NCBI RefSeq assembly: GCF_018977255.1
Contig: NW_024704742.1
Coordinates: forward strand, 39,434,001 to 39,498,000
DNA length: 64,000 nt
Direction of reading: 5' to 3'
Source: Callorhinchus milii
Taxonomy: Eukaryota
Below the pieces are notes generated by a model. The model ran no database searches, was not told the DNA's origin, and saw only the letters and a list, made by a program, of their open reading frames with translations. The position numbers and the translations under genes are program-made. Shown piece after piece: positions 40,755-54,859 of this stretch (positions are counted from its first letter, which is position 1; every line of letters starts with the position of its first letter).

Positions 40755-42380
40755 TGCTCCAAATTACCGCCCCATCTCCAACCTCCCTTTCCTTTCCAAG
40801 GTCCCTGAATGAATCATTGCTTCCCAGCTTCGCTCCTTCTTCTCCCGCCATTCCCTATACGAACCCCTTGAATTGGGTTTCCGTGCTGCCCACAGCATAG
40901 AAACAGCCCTGGTCAAAGTGCAAATGACATTTTTCCATCTGTGACCAGAGTCCATATGTCTCCTCAACCTCTCTGCTGCCTTTGATACAGTTGACCACTC
41001 TATCCTCTTCCACCGCCTCTCCTCTCACCTCAACCTTCATGGTCTGTCTTTTAATGGTTCATATCCTGCCTCTCACACCGTCTTCACTTTGTCTCTACAA
41101 ATTGCTTCTCCTCAGGGCTCAGGATCCTCTCCTCTTCAACTTGTACATGCTCCGTCTTGGTGACATCATTCGCATATATGAGGTCAACTTCTACATGTAT
41201 GCGGATGACACCCAACTTTACCGCTCTGCGTCCACCCTTGATTCCAGGACCACTGCTGTCCTCACTGACTATCTGTTGAACATCAAGTCTTGTATGAGAG
41301 GTAACTTCCTGCAGTCGAATGTCAACGTCCGAGGCCCTCCTGCTTGGCTTCCGTCAACTCCTCCATGCCTCAAACACAGACAGCATCTCTCCATGGATGC
41401 AATACATCTCACAGAGCCAATACGGAACCTTGGCTTCTTGTTTGACCCTCAACTGTCCTTCATACCCCACATCCATGACATTACCCACTCCACCTTTCCC
41501 CACCTCCACAACATCGCTCGGCTCCACCACTGTCTCACACCACAAGCCATAGAGACCCTCATACACACATTCATAACATCCAGGCTTGACTATGCAAACT
41601 TCCTGCTTGTCGGCCTCCCCAACTCCTCCCGTGCCTCCTTCCAGATCTGTCTCAAGACCCTCCTCTTCGACTGTGCCTTTGATCACGTTCCTTCCTCCCC
41701 TGCCCTCCACTCTCCCTGATCCCGACTCTCAGCTTGGATCCGAAACACTGATTGTTGAGTGCCTTGGGACATCCTCCCTATGTGAAAGCAGCTATCCAAA
41801 TGTGATTTTGCTGTTGCTGTTGGCCTTCCCAACTCTTCCCTCCACAAGCTACAGATCATCCAGAACTCTGAAGCTTGTGTCCTCTCCCGCACCATACTCC
41901 ATGACCTCATCACCTCCAGCCTTGCCCAGCTTCACTGGCTCCCCATCCCCCAGAGGATAGAGTTCAAAATTCCCGTCCTCACCTTGAAGGCTCTCCACGG
42001 CCTTGTCCCTTCCTACCTCTGTGACCTGCTATCCCCTTAGCAACCTGTCCGCTCCCTCCTCTCAGCAGGCTCCGGCCTGCTCCAAGTTCCCCCCCATCCC
42101 CGAAACCTCCAGGCCCGCTGCACAACTGGCGATTGGGCCTTCAGCCTCTCTGTTGCTTCCCCTCTCCCACTTTGGAACTCCATCCACATTTCCTTTGCCT
42201 CACTCCCTCCCTTGCCTCATTCAAAGCATATCTCAAGACCCTGCACTTCGACTGTGCCTTTGGCCACCCTCCTACCCTCCCTGCCTTCCACCCTCCCTTT
42301 TCCCAAGCCCCCAATGCTCAGGCGCGACTGTCCAGCACCTTGGGACTTCCTCCCAACATGAAAGGCGCTATACAAATGTA
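40755..42380 (+). mobile_element. L2 LINE fragment (RT to 3' end) with an internal extra 3' end
   Basis: YRPISNLPFLSK, PLLFNLYM, YMYADDTQLY, SRLDYANF; tails at ~41760-41820 and ~42335-42380. Confidence 0.9.
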
Positions 42381-44952
42381 ATATAGTATTGTCATACCAT
42401 CTTCCTTTCTGTGTGAAATAAATTCCCAGTGACAGCCTCATTCCTATTGGGAGTGGGTCCAAAGCACAAAACTGCTCATCATCAGTAGGAATTGTTAACA
42501 GAACTCAGAGAACATATAAGGAAAATGGTAACATTTACCTTTGTGCAATGTGGGTGGCTACTGGATCAGACTTGTGTATCTAGGTTGGGTGTGCTCATTG
42601 GGTACTCAGACCTGAAAAAATGTTCCATTGACGAGCACTGACATCACCATGCCTTAACAAGCACAACCGAAAATATAACATCTAAAGATGAACCGTAATT
42701 ACATTCCATGGATGTGATAACCAAGGTAAAAATATTCACAGTCAAATCCACCATCAACTCATCACATAGCAGGAGCTGAAGTGCACTTAGATGGTAGAAA
42801 GAATCAGCTTCTTCCAAAATGATGGGTACATAGTAATTTACAGGTCATGCGTTGTGAAATATAAAACCGGACCAAGACTTTGATTAGCTTTGTAATGACA
42901 GTGCATTACCACATAATGGAAAGTATCCAATGTCCACACAATCTTCCATTATGTATAGGAGAGGATTTTTTTTTTTTACCTGGCATTCTGTCAATCAGCA
43001 AGTGGAAGAACAGTCATGTATTAGCTTGCCTTTAAACCTTCGGAGAGTTCTCTGCCAATAACAAACATAATTTAATTAAAAATGAACTCGCAGCACTTCC
43101 AGAATGTTAATGTCATTTCCCTTCCTTTGATTTAACAGCGCAATTAGGTCAAATGATCAATACAAATCTCTTTTACGTTTTGATGTGAACATTGTTTATC
43201 AAACTGTTTAGCATTACAACCAAATGCCCATCTCACAATACATTACAGTCAATTGCAGCTACAAATCAGTTCACCACGGCTGGCGGACTAATCCGCATTA
43301 CCTTGTAAATCATAATTATCTCACATAGCAGAACATATAAACATCTTTGAATATTACTGTGACATTAACTTTAACATTGTGTTTGTTGGATCACTTTAGC
43401 TGTCTATACGAATTATATCAAAACGAATGCACCAACATCAGTCTAAAATCCCTAGAGGCTTTACATGCCAATGATAACCATATCATTGAGTAGTGCAGAG
43501 TTTAGCTGTCATTTTTCTTTTTCTCCTTAGAAATATGCACAAAGCCTTTGATGTCTAATTTTCTGGAAAAAATATGCAGCAGCAGAGTAAGGCGGTTTTA
43601 ATGACCTACAATCCATGTTTGAGTCTCAATTGTTCAACAGCAATTAAAGGAACTTTCTTGAATTTAGACCAATAAATATGCTAATTAACTCAAGTAATTT
43701 TGGTTTTATCTTTTTACTTTTGGAACCTTTGATATCGAGAGCACTTTTTAAAAATGAGTGAACCAAAATCTGTTTTGAGGTCTGGTCTGGATCAAACTGA
43801 CCAACGCACATTGAATAGAGACATTGTGTTTTTGTGATGGCTTGGTTGGTAACGCTACTGCCCAACAAGAACCAGAACACATTTATAGTTCAGACCTTCA
43901 TGTTTAATTCCCAGTCTGTGCTGATCTAAACCATGGCAGCAATTACAATTTAACACAATATCCCATGACAAGGATGATCAATGGATCGCTATGTAGTGTA
44001 TAAGAAACAGACTGTTATGCCTCTCATAATTCATCATCTGTGTGCGAAATTGGCTGTAGCTGAAGACAACATTTTCAGGGGAGGAGTGGACAAGGTAAAA
44101 CACACTGAAAAATAATAAACACTCTACACAGTCTTTTATACTTATACTCACCATTATTGCAATACAAACATTGTACAATAGAAAAATTCCAATCACTACT
44201 CCTAACCCAGCATGTGAATAAATGTAACCGTATATTCCTTTATCAAAAATACTCTATATATATACATCAAGTAGATTTTTTTTTCTTCTCAATACACAAT
44301 TTGCATGTATAAAGTGTCTTTCATGTCAGTAGGACTTCTCAAAGTCTTAAATTCTTTAATAAACTCTTAAAGTGGCCAACTTCAAATGCTGAAAACTTCT
44401 TCAATGACTTGAGGTTATCTCCTCTCTCTCCTTCCCTCAAGCAAATTCTTCAGAGCTTTCTCCCTTTTCTTTTCTAATACTATGATTCAGCCAAGATCAA
44501 CCCACTATATAAACATTTTAAAACTGCAGAATAAAAGTAGTCACGCACAAGTTCAGAGAGGAGAGTAGAAATCCTGATCTAACGTTGCATTTCAGGGAAA
44601 ACAAATTTGATGTATCCTACACTACTGCTAGCCAGATGGTCACTTCTGCAAGACTGATTTAACTCCAGCATTGCTGGCTTTCAACAGACCTTGCGCAAGG
44701 TACAAGAACATCTGGAAGCTGTCACAATCTGAGGTAAATCTAAGACAGCTGCTTTAGTGATCAAAATGCTTCAGATTAATTGAGGGTTAAAGAGTAGAAT
44801 CAATAGCTTCACCTGCAATAGATTCGACAATCTACTGCATTGCAACAGACTGTCCGCCAATGTGGAGACTGACCAATTCATGAGATTGCTCCATGATGGG
44901 GGAGTCCCATAACTGAGGGGGGGTGCAGATCTCAGGGGTATGAGAGGCTATA

Positions 44953-45306
44953 TTAATAATAATCCTTGCATTTGATATAGCGCCTTATCATGTCTTCAAG
45001 ACAACTCAAGAACACTTCTCAGAATATACTGTAAAGTGAATTGACTATATGTTTTGTGAACGAAATGCGGCAGCCAATTGCACACAGAGGTATCCCACAG
45101 ATAGTCATGGATTGAGTGACCAAATTATTATTATTTTTTTAGGGGATTATTACCCCCGGAAAAGCAATCCGCCAACCAAATAATAACTGGGTTCCTACAT
45201 CCTGCTAGATAAACAGAGGCATATGAAGTAAGGAAACTTGCCCAATATTTCTTCCCGCCTGGGAATTGAACCCGAGTCCTCAGTGCTTTAACCACTGAGC
45301 TACAGA
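44953..45306 (-). mobile_element. Older, longer variant of the tRNA(Ala) SINE
   Basis: Same head (aaccactgagctacag) and tail, plus an extra central segment. Confidence 0.8.
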
Positions 45307-47569
45307 AATCCTTGAAAACGCCCTGTGTTTCTTACTCAGGCCTTCACAGAGGGAACATAGGAAGTCTGAGGCCTAACAGCATGGTCAGGCCGGGGCTGTT
45401 GTGGAGAAGGTCTGGGGAATACAATACCTTAGAAACCGGTGGCTCAGAGGGTCATGAGTACTTGGATCTACAAGGTGAGTGAATTGTAGTGTTAGGTGCA
45501 GTTGGTTGAACTGCAAAATCAAACCCTGGACACATCCTCCCTTCCCTGTCCTCTCCCTCCCCATACGGTGCTGAAGGTTTCACCTGTGATAATAAGACAC
45601 TTGATTTACAAACTAAGTCTGTATTCGCGTTCACTTAGTATCTCTATGATTCTACAAATCCATAGACCCCAGGGTTACTAACATTTCACCTAGAACGAGT
45701 TTTATGTTTAGCTACAGATCTTAAGTTGGTTGAACAAACAAGGCCCCTCCTTTTAAGCAGAGCTCCAGTAAGTGTGTAAATGATAAATGCTTAATATGAT
45801 ATCAGCTAGTTGGCTATATGAAACAGGAACTTAGTACAATTCTGAGATTCTGTCGAGAAAGAGGGTTTGTATACTCGGGATGGCTATTGGAGATTAGGGC
45901 TTGGCTGTTATGTCCCAGCATTCAAGCCGTCCGGTAGGATTCACTGTCAAAATTCACATGTGAATGTTGGCCAGGTGGACATTATGCCGATTATTCATAT
46001 CACACAATGCTGCGTGCAAACTGACCATCGAATCAGCCCACGAGTAGTCACTACACTTGATAGTAATCACTTCTAAAGCACTTTGAGGTCTTTTGATGTA
46101 TTAAATCAAATATAAGGGTTATTAAAAACCAAAATAACATTTTATCTTACCTTCTATTAATTTCCACCTTGAGGATATACTGCACCCTGGCTTTCACTCA
46201 TTTTGTTCATCAAAGACATTTTCTCAAACAGCGTTTTTTATATTCATTATTGTTGAGAATTAAGATCCAGATCACATCTATCTGTAGCTTACTTCGGAAG
46301 GGGTCATCCTCTGTCATTTAAAATCATCATGTAACAGGAAAAGAGTACCAAGTTTGTGCAGGCATCTTGAGCAATGGTATAATGATATGACTGATGCAAT
46401 GGGAAGAAGGTGTATTTTGGGTGGGGTGAGAATGAAAGCTGGGTAGGGAAGGTGAGATTGTTGTTCTGTTTCATTTTGGTTTCTCCTTTTATTCAAAAGG
46501 TTTCTGAGAAAGTAGATAGAGGAAATGATACTTCACAGTATCATTCTTTGTTAGTCAGAATGAAGGGCACACCCTACAATTCCTGAACTAATAAAGACTA
46601 CACCCAAGGTAATGCATGTTCATGAGTCACCAAAATAAAAATCTTTAAGTAGTGAAGTAAGATCGATAGAATATTTCACCTTGGATAACTACTATCTTAA
46701 GCATTAGACTGCCCTCTGGTAAATTAAATTTCACTAGTCTTTGATGCAATTGAACTTGTCCTAAGTCAGAATGCTATTGGAAAAGTTAAGTTTTCAAGGC
46801 AACAATGCTCGTGAATAAATGAGCTTGAGACTTAGATTTTGTACTAGAAGTGGATGAAAATATAAGATAAATAACTTAAATTTGACTATAACTACTATTG
46901 TTGTTTGTTAAGTGTACAAATGAATCAACTGAGCTGACTTCATTAAGATGGGAAACATACATTTGGCTGTGTAGAGGAGGGAAGAGAATGTTTTATCCAT
47001 TACTTGAAAATAGGATTCAGCATTGCTTTGATCCTGCTGCTATGCAAGATTTTACTTGTCTTGAATACAATAGAGTGTGTTTTTATGCCAAATGGCATCT
47101 CACAGCGATCAAGTCAATATAAGAGCAAGAATAAATGATCCATACCTGCAGGCCAACAGGCTTAGTTTCTGAATAAATAAGCCTTGTTAGTTGAGATCTA
47201 TTCAGTGTGATTGCTACTGCTAACAGTGATATGCCGAATATCTCCTTTAACTCAAATGAATCAGCAGTCTCCAAGCTGTTCAGATGAAACAATTTGGGTA
47301 GCATTTGTGGGCTTTAGAATTGTATTTGTTTATTGAAGTGCAAAGTACAAGATGAATAACTCTGTCCTTTAAAACACAGGTGAGTTTTGAAGTTTCTCAT
47401 TTCTCTGTGTCTAATTATAAATTAATATATAGTTGAGTATTCGGATGTTGCCCAGAAGCACATCTATGTTGCTGCTGATGATCTTTTTAAACTATGTTTT
47501 TCAATTTAAAGATTAAATGTCACACCATCCTGAAGAAACACGCTTAATTGTGTAGTAAGATGGTTTGTT

Positions 47570-47950
47570 TCGATTTCAAGATCCTCTCACTCGTCTATAA
47601 ATCCCTTCACACCCTGGCATCTCCCTATCTTTTTGACCTGCTTTCTTCCCACACCACTAGCCACTGCCTCCGCTTGGCTGGTTCCGGTCTGCAGCTTGTC
47701 CCTCATCCTTTCCACTTCACCATCAGTGGTCGCACTTTCAGCCATTATGCCCTGAAGCTTTCGAACTCTCCCCCCCAATCCCTCCACATTCGCCCCTACT
47801 TCCCCTCTTTTACATCATGACTGAAACCATTCCTCTTCGACAATGCCTAGGGTCCTCCCTCTCTCTGGCTCGGGGTCAGGCTCTGCCACTGTTTAGCACA
47901 CTGAGACACTGCCCTTTGTGAAGGGCTCTATATAAATGCAAGTGCTGTTG
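47570..47950 (+). mobile_element. L2 3' fragment
   Basis: FKILSLVYKSLH, TFSHYALKL; tail. Confidence 0.82.
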
Positions 47951-48730
47951 TAGTACGTTCAAGTCATCTTAAAGTCTTGAGCCAATGCTCTGTCCGAACT
48001 CACATCAATAGCAAAAAAAGAAAGATTCCACCACTTCTATTATTGCTTCAAAACTGGAGAAGATTAAAGCTGAAATGTTGTGACCCTATGAGATTCCATG
48101 TCACATTTAGCACTGGCTTTACAACTGAGTCACTTGAGGAGCTGAGGGTAAATCTTTATTAAACTGTCAGAATATACAAACTGAAAAGAATGATCTTGAG
48201 AAAAAATACCTATTAACAATTATTGAGAATCCCTCTGCAATGTTGTGTACACTCTCAAATTGTGATGCATTAAAAGAGGGACAAATTGTATTAAAACCCT
48301 CATGCAATCATGTAATAATAGAACCTGCAGTGGCAGAAGAGGTTATGGAATTGGCAAGGTTGTGCACATTGTACAATCAAAATATCCAGCTGCATCAACA
48401 TAAGATCAAAAGACTTATTTAGCAGCACCTAACTGAGCCTAGATTAGACATTGGCTTCCCTTTGGAACTGAGCATCAGTAAATTCCAAGCTTCCTCCAAG
48501 CTTGACAATGTTGTTGTTCAGCAGACATGATTATCAGAACTTACTAAAACAACAACAACTGAGATGTCTTGACAATAAGATGGCAGCAAACAATATAGAC
48601 AAATAACATAATAGCTCCTTTCTACCATTGCAAGTGTAGATTCAGTTACAAGGGAAGGGCAGCCCTGAGACACTCTGGTTTCCATTCACTGTTCAGTATA
48701 ATTCTAATACCAAACAAACAACATCATCAG

Positions 48731-49075
48731 CCTGGCTCAGTTGGTAGCACTCTCACCTCTGAGTCAGAAGATTGTGGTTTCAAGTCCCATTTGGTTCTTT
48801 GAACTCACATAGTTTAGGCTGAAACTCCAACGCAATACTGGTTAGTGCAGCAATGTGGTCCTTCAGGTGAGACATTAAACCAAAGTCCGGTCTACCTGTT
48901 CAGATGAATGTTAAAGATCTCATAGCCCAATTTGAAAAAAAAGAGTTTCTCCCAGTGTTCTGGTCAGTATTTCCGCAGATAAAATTGAATTGATCATTCA
49001 CTTCATGGCTGTTTGCGGGATATTGCCATGTGCAAAAATTGGCTGCCATGTTCCATAAAATACACAGTCACGACA
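48731..49075 (+). mobile_element. DeuSINE-like element
   Basis: cctggctcagttggtagcactctcacctctgagtcagaag head; gagacattaaacc; gttaaagatctc. Confidence 0.8.
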
Positions 49076-50014
49076 CAGTAAAATCTTATCCGAAATAAGT
49101 ACTTACAAGAATGTCAACTAGTTACGTGTTACGTGGCGTAGCAAGTAAAACAGAGTCCTTTGTTAACATTTTGCATGGTCAGCATTGCTACTTAATTGGT
49201 AGTGACAAGTTAAGGGTCTTGTATCAGAAGTTTACTGTATACGCATAGTCTGGCCTATCGTAGCTTTGTTATTTTTAACCTTTTGAGAAATTCAATTAAA
49301 ATACATCTTTCTTTTACAGTATAAAATTAAATTGTTGATCAATTAAAGTTTTAGCTAAATAAGGTAATCTGCTTCAGCCCCATTTTCATTGACAACACTT
49401 TAAAAGCATTTCTTTGTTAAACATTTTCCACTTCAAGGTCAAATCTTTTGCTGATACATCCATTTGCAGCCTGTTTCAATGTGGCAATTACATAAACAAT
49501 AACAATGAACACTCTTTCCTTATACTCGGGAAGCAGACACGTAAATACGAAAAAAAAATCTACCATTTGGAAGCCATCTGTTGTATATACATGTTTGTAA
49601 ACCAATATTTGATGCTAAATACTGATTACATATCTAAAAGTAGTTAGGTATACTAATCATTTCCATAGATACATCAAATGCAGAAAGTTCGAGTTTTGTA
49701 AATAAAAATAGGATACATGAAGAAATTTGCCTTGAAAGTGTATATTACACAGTGTATATTTTTGAAAATCAGCTCTAAGTGTAACTTAGCGAGAGGCTTC
49801 CCATGTAACCAGCCTTTGCCTTCAACAAATATTGTTATACTTCTCAGGAAGGCCGCAGCATTATTCGCATCTAACCCTCGAAAAAGTAGCTTGCAACATA
49901 AACTGACTGGAAACCCACATATACAACAACAAGGTTACATTTGTATAGCACCTTTCACGTCGGGAGGATGTCCCAAGGCGCTGCATATACCTCAGATTAT
50001 GTTTATTATTTTTT

Positions 50015-50968
50015 GTTTAATACTTTTATAAATGATCTGGAACGAGGAGTCGCAAGCACAGTGGCTAAGTTTGCAGATGACACCAAGTTAATGAAGGTGG
50101 TAGATTGCAAAGCTGAACAAGATAGGTTACAGGAGGACTTGAACATAGTTGGGAATTGGGCAGATCGGTGGCAGATGAAATTCAAGGTGGAGAAATGTAA
50201 AGTACTTCACATGGGGACAAAATTGAACAGAAGGAAAATAATATGCATGGAAAAGGAAAAGGACCTGGGGGTCCTGATTGACAATAAATTGAAGCTCTCC
50301 CAGCAATGCTCTGTGGCAGTGAATAAAGCAACCCAGATGTTGAGATATATCAAAAGATCAATAGTAAGCTGAAATAGTGAGATAATTCTGCCACTGTATA
50401 AAACATTGGTGATACCATACTTAGAGTACGGTGTACAGTTCTGGTTACCACAGTCCAAAAAGGATATTGGAGAAATCGAGAAGATACAGAGGAGGGCAAA
50501 CAAAATGATTGAGGGAACGGAAGGACTGGACTATAAGGAGTGACTAAGTAAACTGGGCATGTTCATGCTGGAAAAGAGAAGATTGAGAGGCATCATGATT
50601 GCTGTCTTTAAGGTTCTAAAGGGGCTAAACAATAAAGGTCATGACAGGCTGTTTCAACTTGTCCAGAATAGTAAAAACCAGAGGACATGGCCTGCTATTG
50701 AAGGGATGTAAATTCACAATGAATCTACGCAAACACTATTTCATTGAGCGAATAGTGAACCTGTGGAACAGGCTCCCTAGGGAGACAGTTGAAACAAAAA
50801 GTGCTGATTCTTTCAAACACTGATTAGGATAGTTTTCTTTTAGGAAATAACATTATGGGATATAGAACATAGGTAGTTTGGGACATATGTGCATGCGACC
50901 ACCAGGAAGGCAGAAGGCGAACTAAATGGTCTTTGGTCTTTTCTCATCTAACATTCTTATGTTCTTAT
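50015..50968 (+). mobile_element. CR1 LINE fragment from RT to 3' end
   Basis: LFNTFINDLE, KFADDTKL, WADRWQMKF, EKDLGVL, TRGH, VNLWNRLP; ttcttatgttctta tail. Confidence 0.92.
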
Positions 50969-51992
50969 TATATGAAGGTATTGAGCAATGACTGAGTCTA
51001 ATTGTAACTCCTGAAAGTGCACTAATATCTGTAGTAACCATGCAATTATAATAATCTGTACCCTTAATATAGCATCTTTCATGACAGGAGGAGGTCTCAA
51101 AGCACTTCACAGGATATATTAAAAATATATGTAGACACTCCAGAACTACTAATATAGTGATTAATATTGTAAGAAATGCAATTATATTTGAATCAATATT
51201 AGCAAAACAAAGTCTATTTTACTGCAGATATTTTATTTGTAAGTAGAATTAATTTCGGCATGAGTTTTGCCAATATTATAGTGTTTCTGATTAATACTAT
51301 TGTGAATGCATTGTAAATAAAAATGATTAAAACTTCCAATCACCGGTTAAGGTAAAGATTAAGGTACCAAACAGTTTTCTAATCATGTAACCTACATGTA
51401 AACATTGTCTCAGCTTTTGTTCGTTGTTTACTTGCTGAAATTAGATTAATGGTGAGATTCAATTATTCACGATAGCCTTTGTAAATGTAGCATCTTATTC
51501 GGTTATGAATGGACATTTTTCCTGGAGCTGCTCCTTTAGAAATAGGAAACCAGATAACTCAGAGTTCAAACAACGTGATCAACCGTGAGAATAAAACTCA
51601 GTTTGTAAGGCTTGTCTGAATCTGACATCCAATACTGCTTTGAAATGCTTCTCTTTGTTCTTTATAGTACCAAATACAATTTACTAGACCTTGTATGAGG
51701 GAATAATTTGAACGTGGAAGAGCTCAGAAGCAAATAACTGGTTGATAAGTTACTGTTTATTTCAGGTAACTAACTGAAATTATTTTCAAAGTATGGTTTT
51801 ACTTTACTAAAGTTTTACTTTTCAGTTATTGCTGGAACACAATGTTTCTAAAGCTTAGCATAAATAATACAGGGCATAATAGCAACCATTTTGGATAGAA
51901 AGCTCAGGAAAGAATATGAAGATCAATTAATTTATCCACTGGATTCAGATAACATCATTAATTCAGCAAGAGCAATTCTTTCAGATCTGTAT

Positions 51993-52418
51993 TAATAATA
52001 TTTTTTGCGTTTGATATTGCGGCTTTCACATCAGGAGGACAGCTCAAAGCACTTCACAAGATTTTACTCTACAGTAACTATGTATTTGTAGGTGAATGTT
52101 ACAGGCAATTTGTGCACAGCAATGTCCCTCAAACAGCCATGTAGGGTATGGTCAATTGTGTCTGGGGATTGTTGTCCAGGACACCATGAGAAAATCCCTT
52201 CTCATTTCAACTTGTGCCATGGAACTTTAACATCCATCTAAATAGGCAAATGAGACATTGGTTTAATATCTTATCCAAAGTATGGCACCTCTGACAATTC
52301 AATGCTCTTCCGGCACTGCACGGGAGTGTTAAGGCTAGACTGTGAAGTCCCTACATGGGGTTTGAACCCACATCCTTCTGACTCAGAGTTGAGAATATTA
52401 CCAATTAAGCCAGGCTGA
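51993..52418 (-). mobile_element. DeuSINE-like element, near full length
   Basis: Reverse homolog of 31538-31962 and 48731-49075. Confidence 0.78.
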
Positions 52419-53162
52419 CACATAAAATCTCTGTCCAGATGTCATTTGAGTTTTCAAAATGTACTGATATAGAAAAGAGAGCCAGAACTCTAACATACTT
52501 ACATGAAAAATCTTTACACGTCACCTTCATGCTACTGCAGCAATGTGATGTTACTTCTGGTAGTATAGTGATTTGGAACAGGAAAATTTACTTATTTATT
52601 TCCATTCCATATAGCTTCTACCAGAGGCTGAACACAGATGGGTCAATGCACAACATTTTCAGGCTCCCTATAGAGTGCTCAAAGCATGTTGTGATTGTTT
52701 AATGTTATTAAAAAGCTGGGAGTGCCAGAAGCTCTCCAATAACATTAAAACACTGTGGCTCACCAGATTCTCTAATCCTTTTCATTGAATGTAAATTATA
52801 CCATTAAAGGCACCATTAATTCCTTTTGTATACAACCCATATTATGCACAAGCATTTGCACATGAGTTTCCACAACATGTACAATAACACATGTTTACAA
52901 CTGACATACACAACTCCCAGAATCTCCTGTACTCTACAAGTTAATGAATCACTAGCACATGATCCCAAATGATGTAGTGTATATGTAGTGTCTTTCCTAG
53001 TTCAGGGTGTATTGGAAAGGTCTCTAGACATTAGATGCATTCTAGTCCCAAGGCCCAAATAGAAACAGATGAGCTATGGACGACAGCGCAAATGCATTCA
53101 AAATTAGTTTGTGGAGCACTAGAAGGATAGTTCATGGAGTCATAACTAACCAATGTCTTTAG

Positions 53163-53963
53163 TTGACCGTGAACAAGACTGAGGCCCTCCTGATTGGCTC
53201 CAGTCAGTGCCTCCACATCTTAGGCGCTGACAGCATCACCATCCATGGATGCACACTCCACCTTACTAAGCCAGTCCGGAACATTGGAGTCTTGTTTGAC
53301 CCTCAACAATCCTTTCTACCCTACATTCGTGCCATGATTGGCTCTGCCTTCTCCCACCTCTGCAACATTGCCTGCTCCGCTACTGTCTCAAACCACAGGT
53401 TGCTGAAACCCTCAAACACGCATTCATAACATCTAGGTTTGACTATGCAAACTCCCTGATTGTCGGCCTCCCCAACTCCTCCCTTCATAGGCTGCAGATC
53501 ATCCAGAACTCTGAAGCCCGTGTTCTCACCAGGCTCTGTGACCCTATCACTCCCACCCTCACACAACTCCACTGGCTTCCCATCACACAGAGGATACAGT
53601 TCAAGATCCTGGTCCTCACCTTAAAAGCCCTCCATAGCCTTGCAACCTCAGCGGGCTCCGGCCTGCTTCATGTCCCCCACCTCCCTTACCCCACCATTGG
53701 TGGACGGGCCTTCAGCCACTCTGTCCCCAACCTCTGGAACTCCATCCAGCAATCCTTCCACTTTGCTCTCTCTCTTGCCTCCTTCAAGACCCATCTCAAG
53801 ACCCTCCTCTTCCATCATGCCTTTGATCACCTTCCTTTACCCCCTGCCCTCCACTCTACCCAATCCTAACCCCCAGCTTGGGTCCGAAACACTGACTATC
53901 CAGCGCCTTGGGACGTCCTCCCGATGTGAAAGGCGCTATACAAATGTAATTTTGTTGTTGTTG
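53163..53963 (+). mobile_element. L2 3' fragment
   Basis: NKTEALLIG, VRNIGVLFD, LHWLP; tail gcgccttgggacgtcctcccgatgtgaaaggcgc-(GTT)n. Confidence 0.9.
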
Positions 53964-54859
53964 TAGTAACCCATTTATTATGATGGACCAGATGAAATGG
54001 AAAGAACCATCAGTGAAAATAGTTCCATCCTATGGAATCATTAAATGCTGCACTTTGGTCCATGTAAAAATAGTAACAAACTTCAAAGCCAAAGTCTTGC
54101 TTTGGCACTTGTAACATCAGTAATGCTTTCAAAAGAGCACTTTTTCTTAAAAAATACAGCATTGCATCTGTTCATTGTATGAACAATAATTGACTTAATT
54201 GTTGAGTTTTACCCAGTGGCATTAAACTTTTTGTTACCACCATCTTAAACCAATTTAAGAAAATAGAAACCAGTTTCAACATTGACCCAAAAGAAACTTT
54301 ACACCCAGAATTCCATTTTCCGCACAATAATTTGGCATTAAATTACCAATAGATGAAATATCAACTGCTTTATTTTTCTTTGAAGATTAGTGTTGGGAAT
54401 GGTAAGGTAGGATAATGCTCTAAAGCTGACAGTAAAGAATTTAATAGTGAGGAGCCAAATCTGATAACTGGTCACACCCAAACATTAGCCTGTCTTTCTC
54501 TTTCATATGCGAGTGAACTTGCTTTGCATTTTCAGTGAAGATTTTAATGTTTGTAGTCTAGGTGGAGGCAATAGTGGGAATGATAATAAATAGTTCGGTG
54601 GAAGGGAGATTCAAAATACGATATTCGCAAGCCGCATGCCACTACACCAACTGCAACTTCTGTTTAGCTCCTGAAATTGGAACATTTGGGATACTCCATT
54701 TAATGATTTCTGTCATACCTTTCGTAAAGACTTCAATTTTCCACGAGGAAGAAGATTTTCCACATCAGGACTTGGAACTCATATAGTCTAAGTTGACATT
54801 CCAGTGCAGTGCTAGGGGTGTGCTGCATTGTTGGAGGTCCTATCCTTTTTTTTACAGTA

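Noticed and set aside
40755..50968. Intact autonomous retrotransposon or domesticated RT gene
   Set aside because: All RT-containing segments are 5'-truncated with frameshifts and stops.
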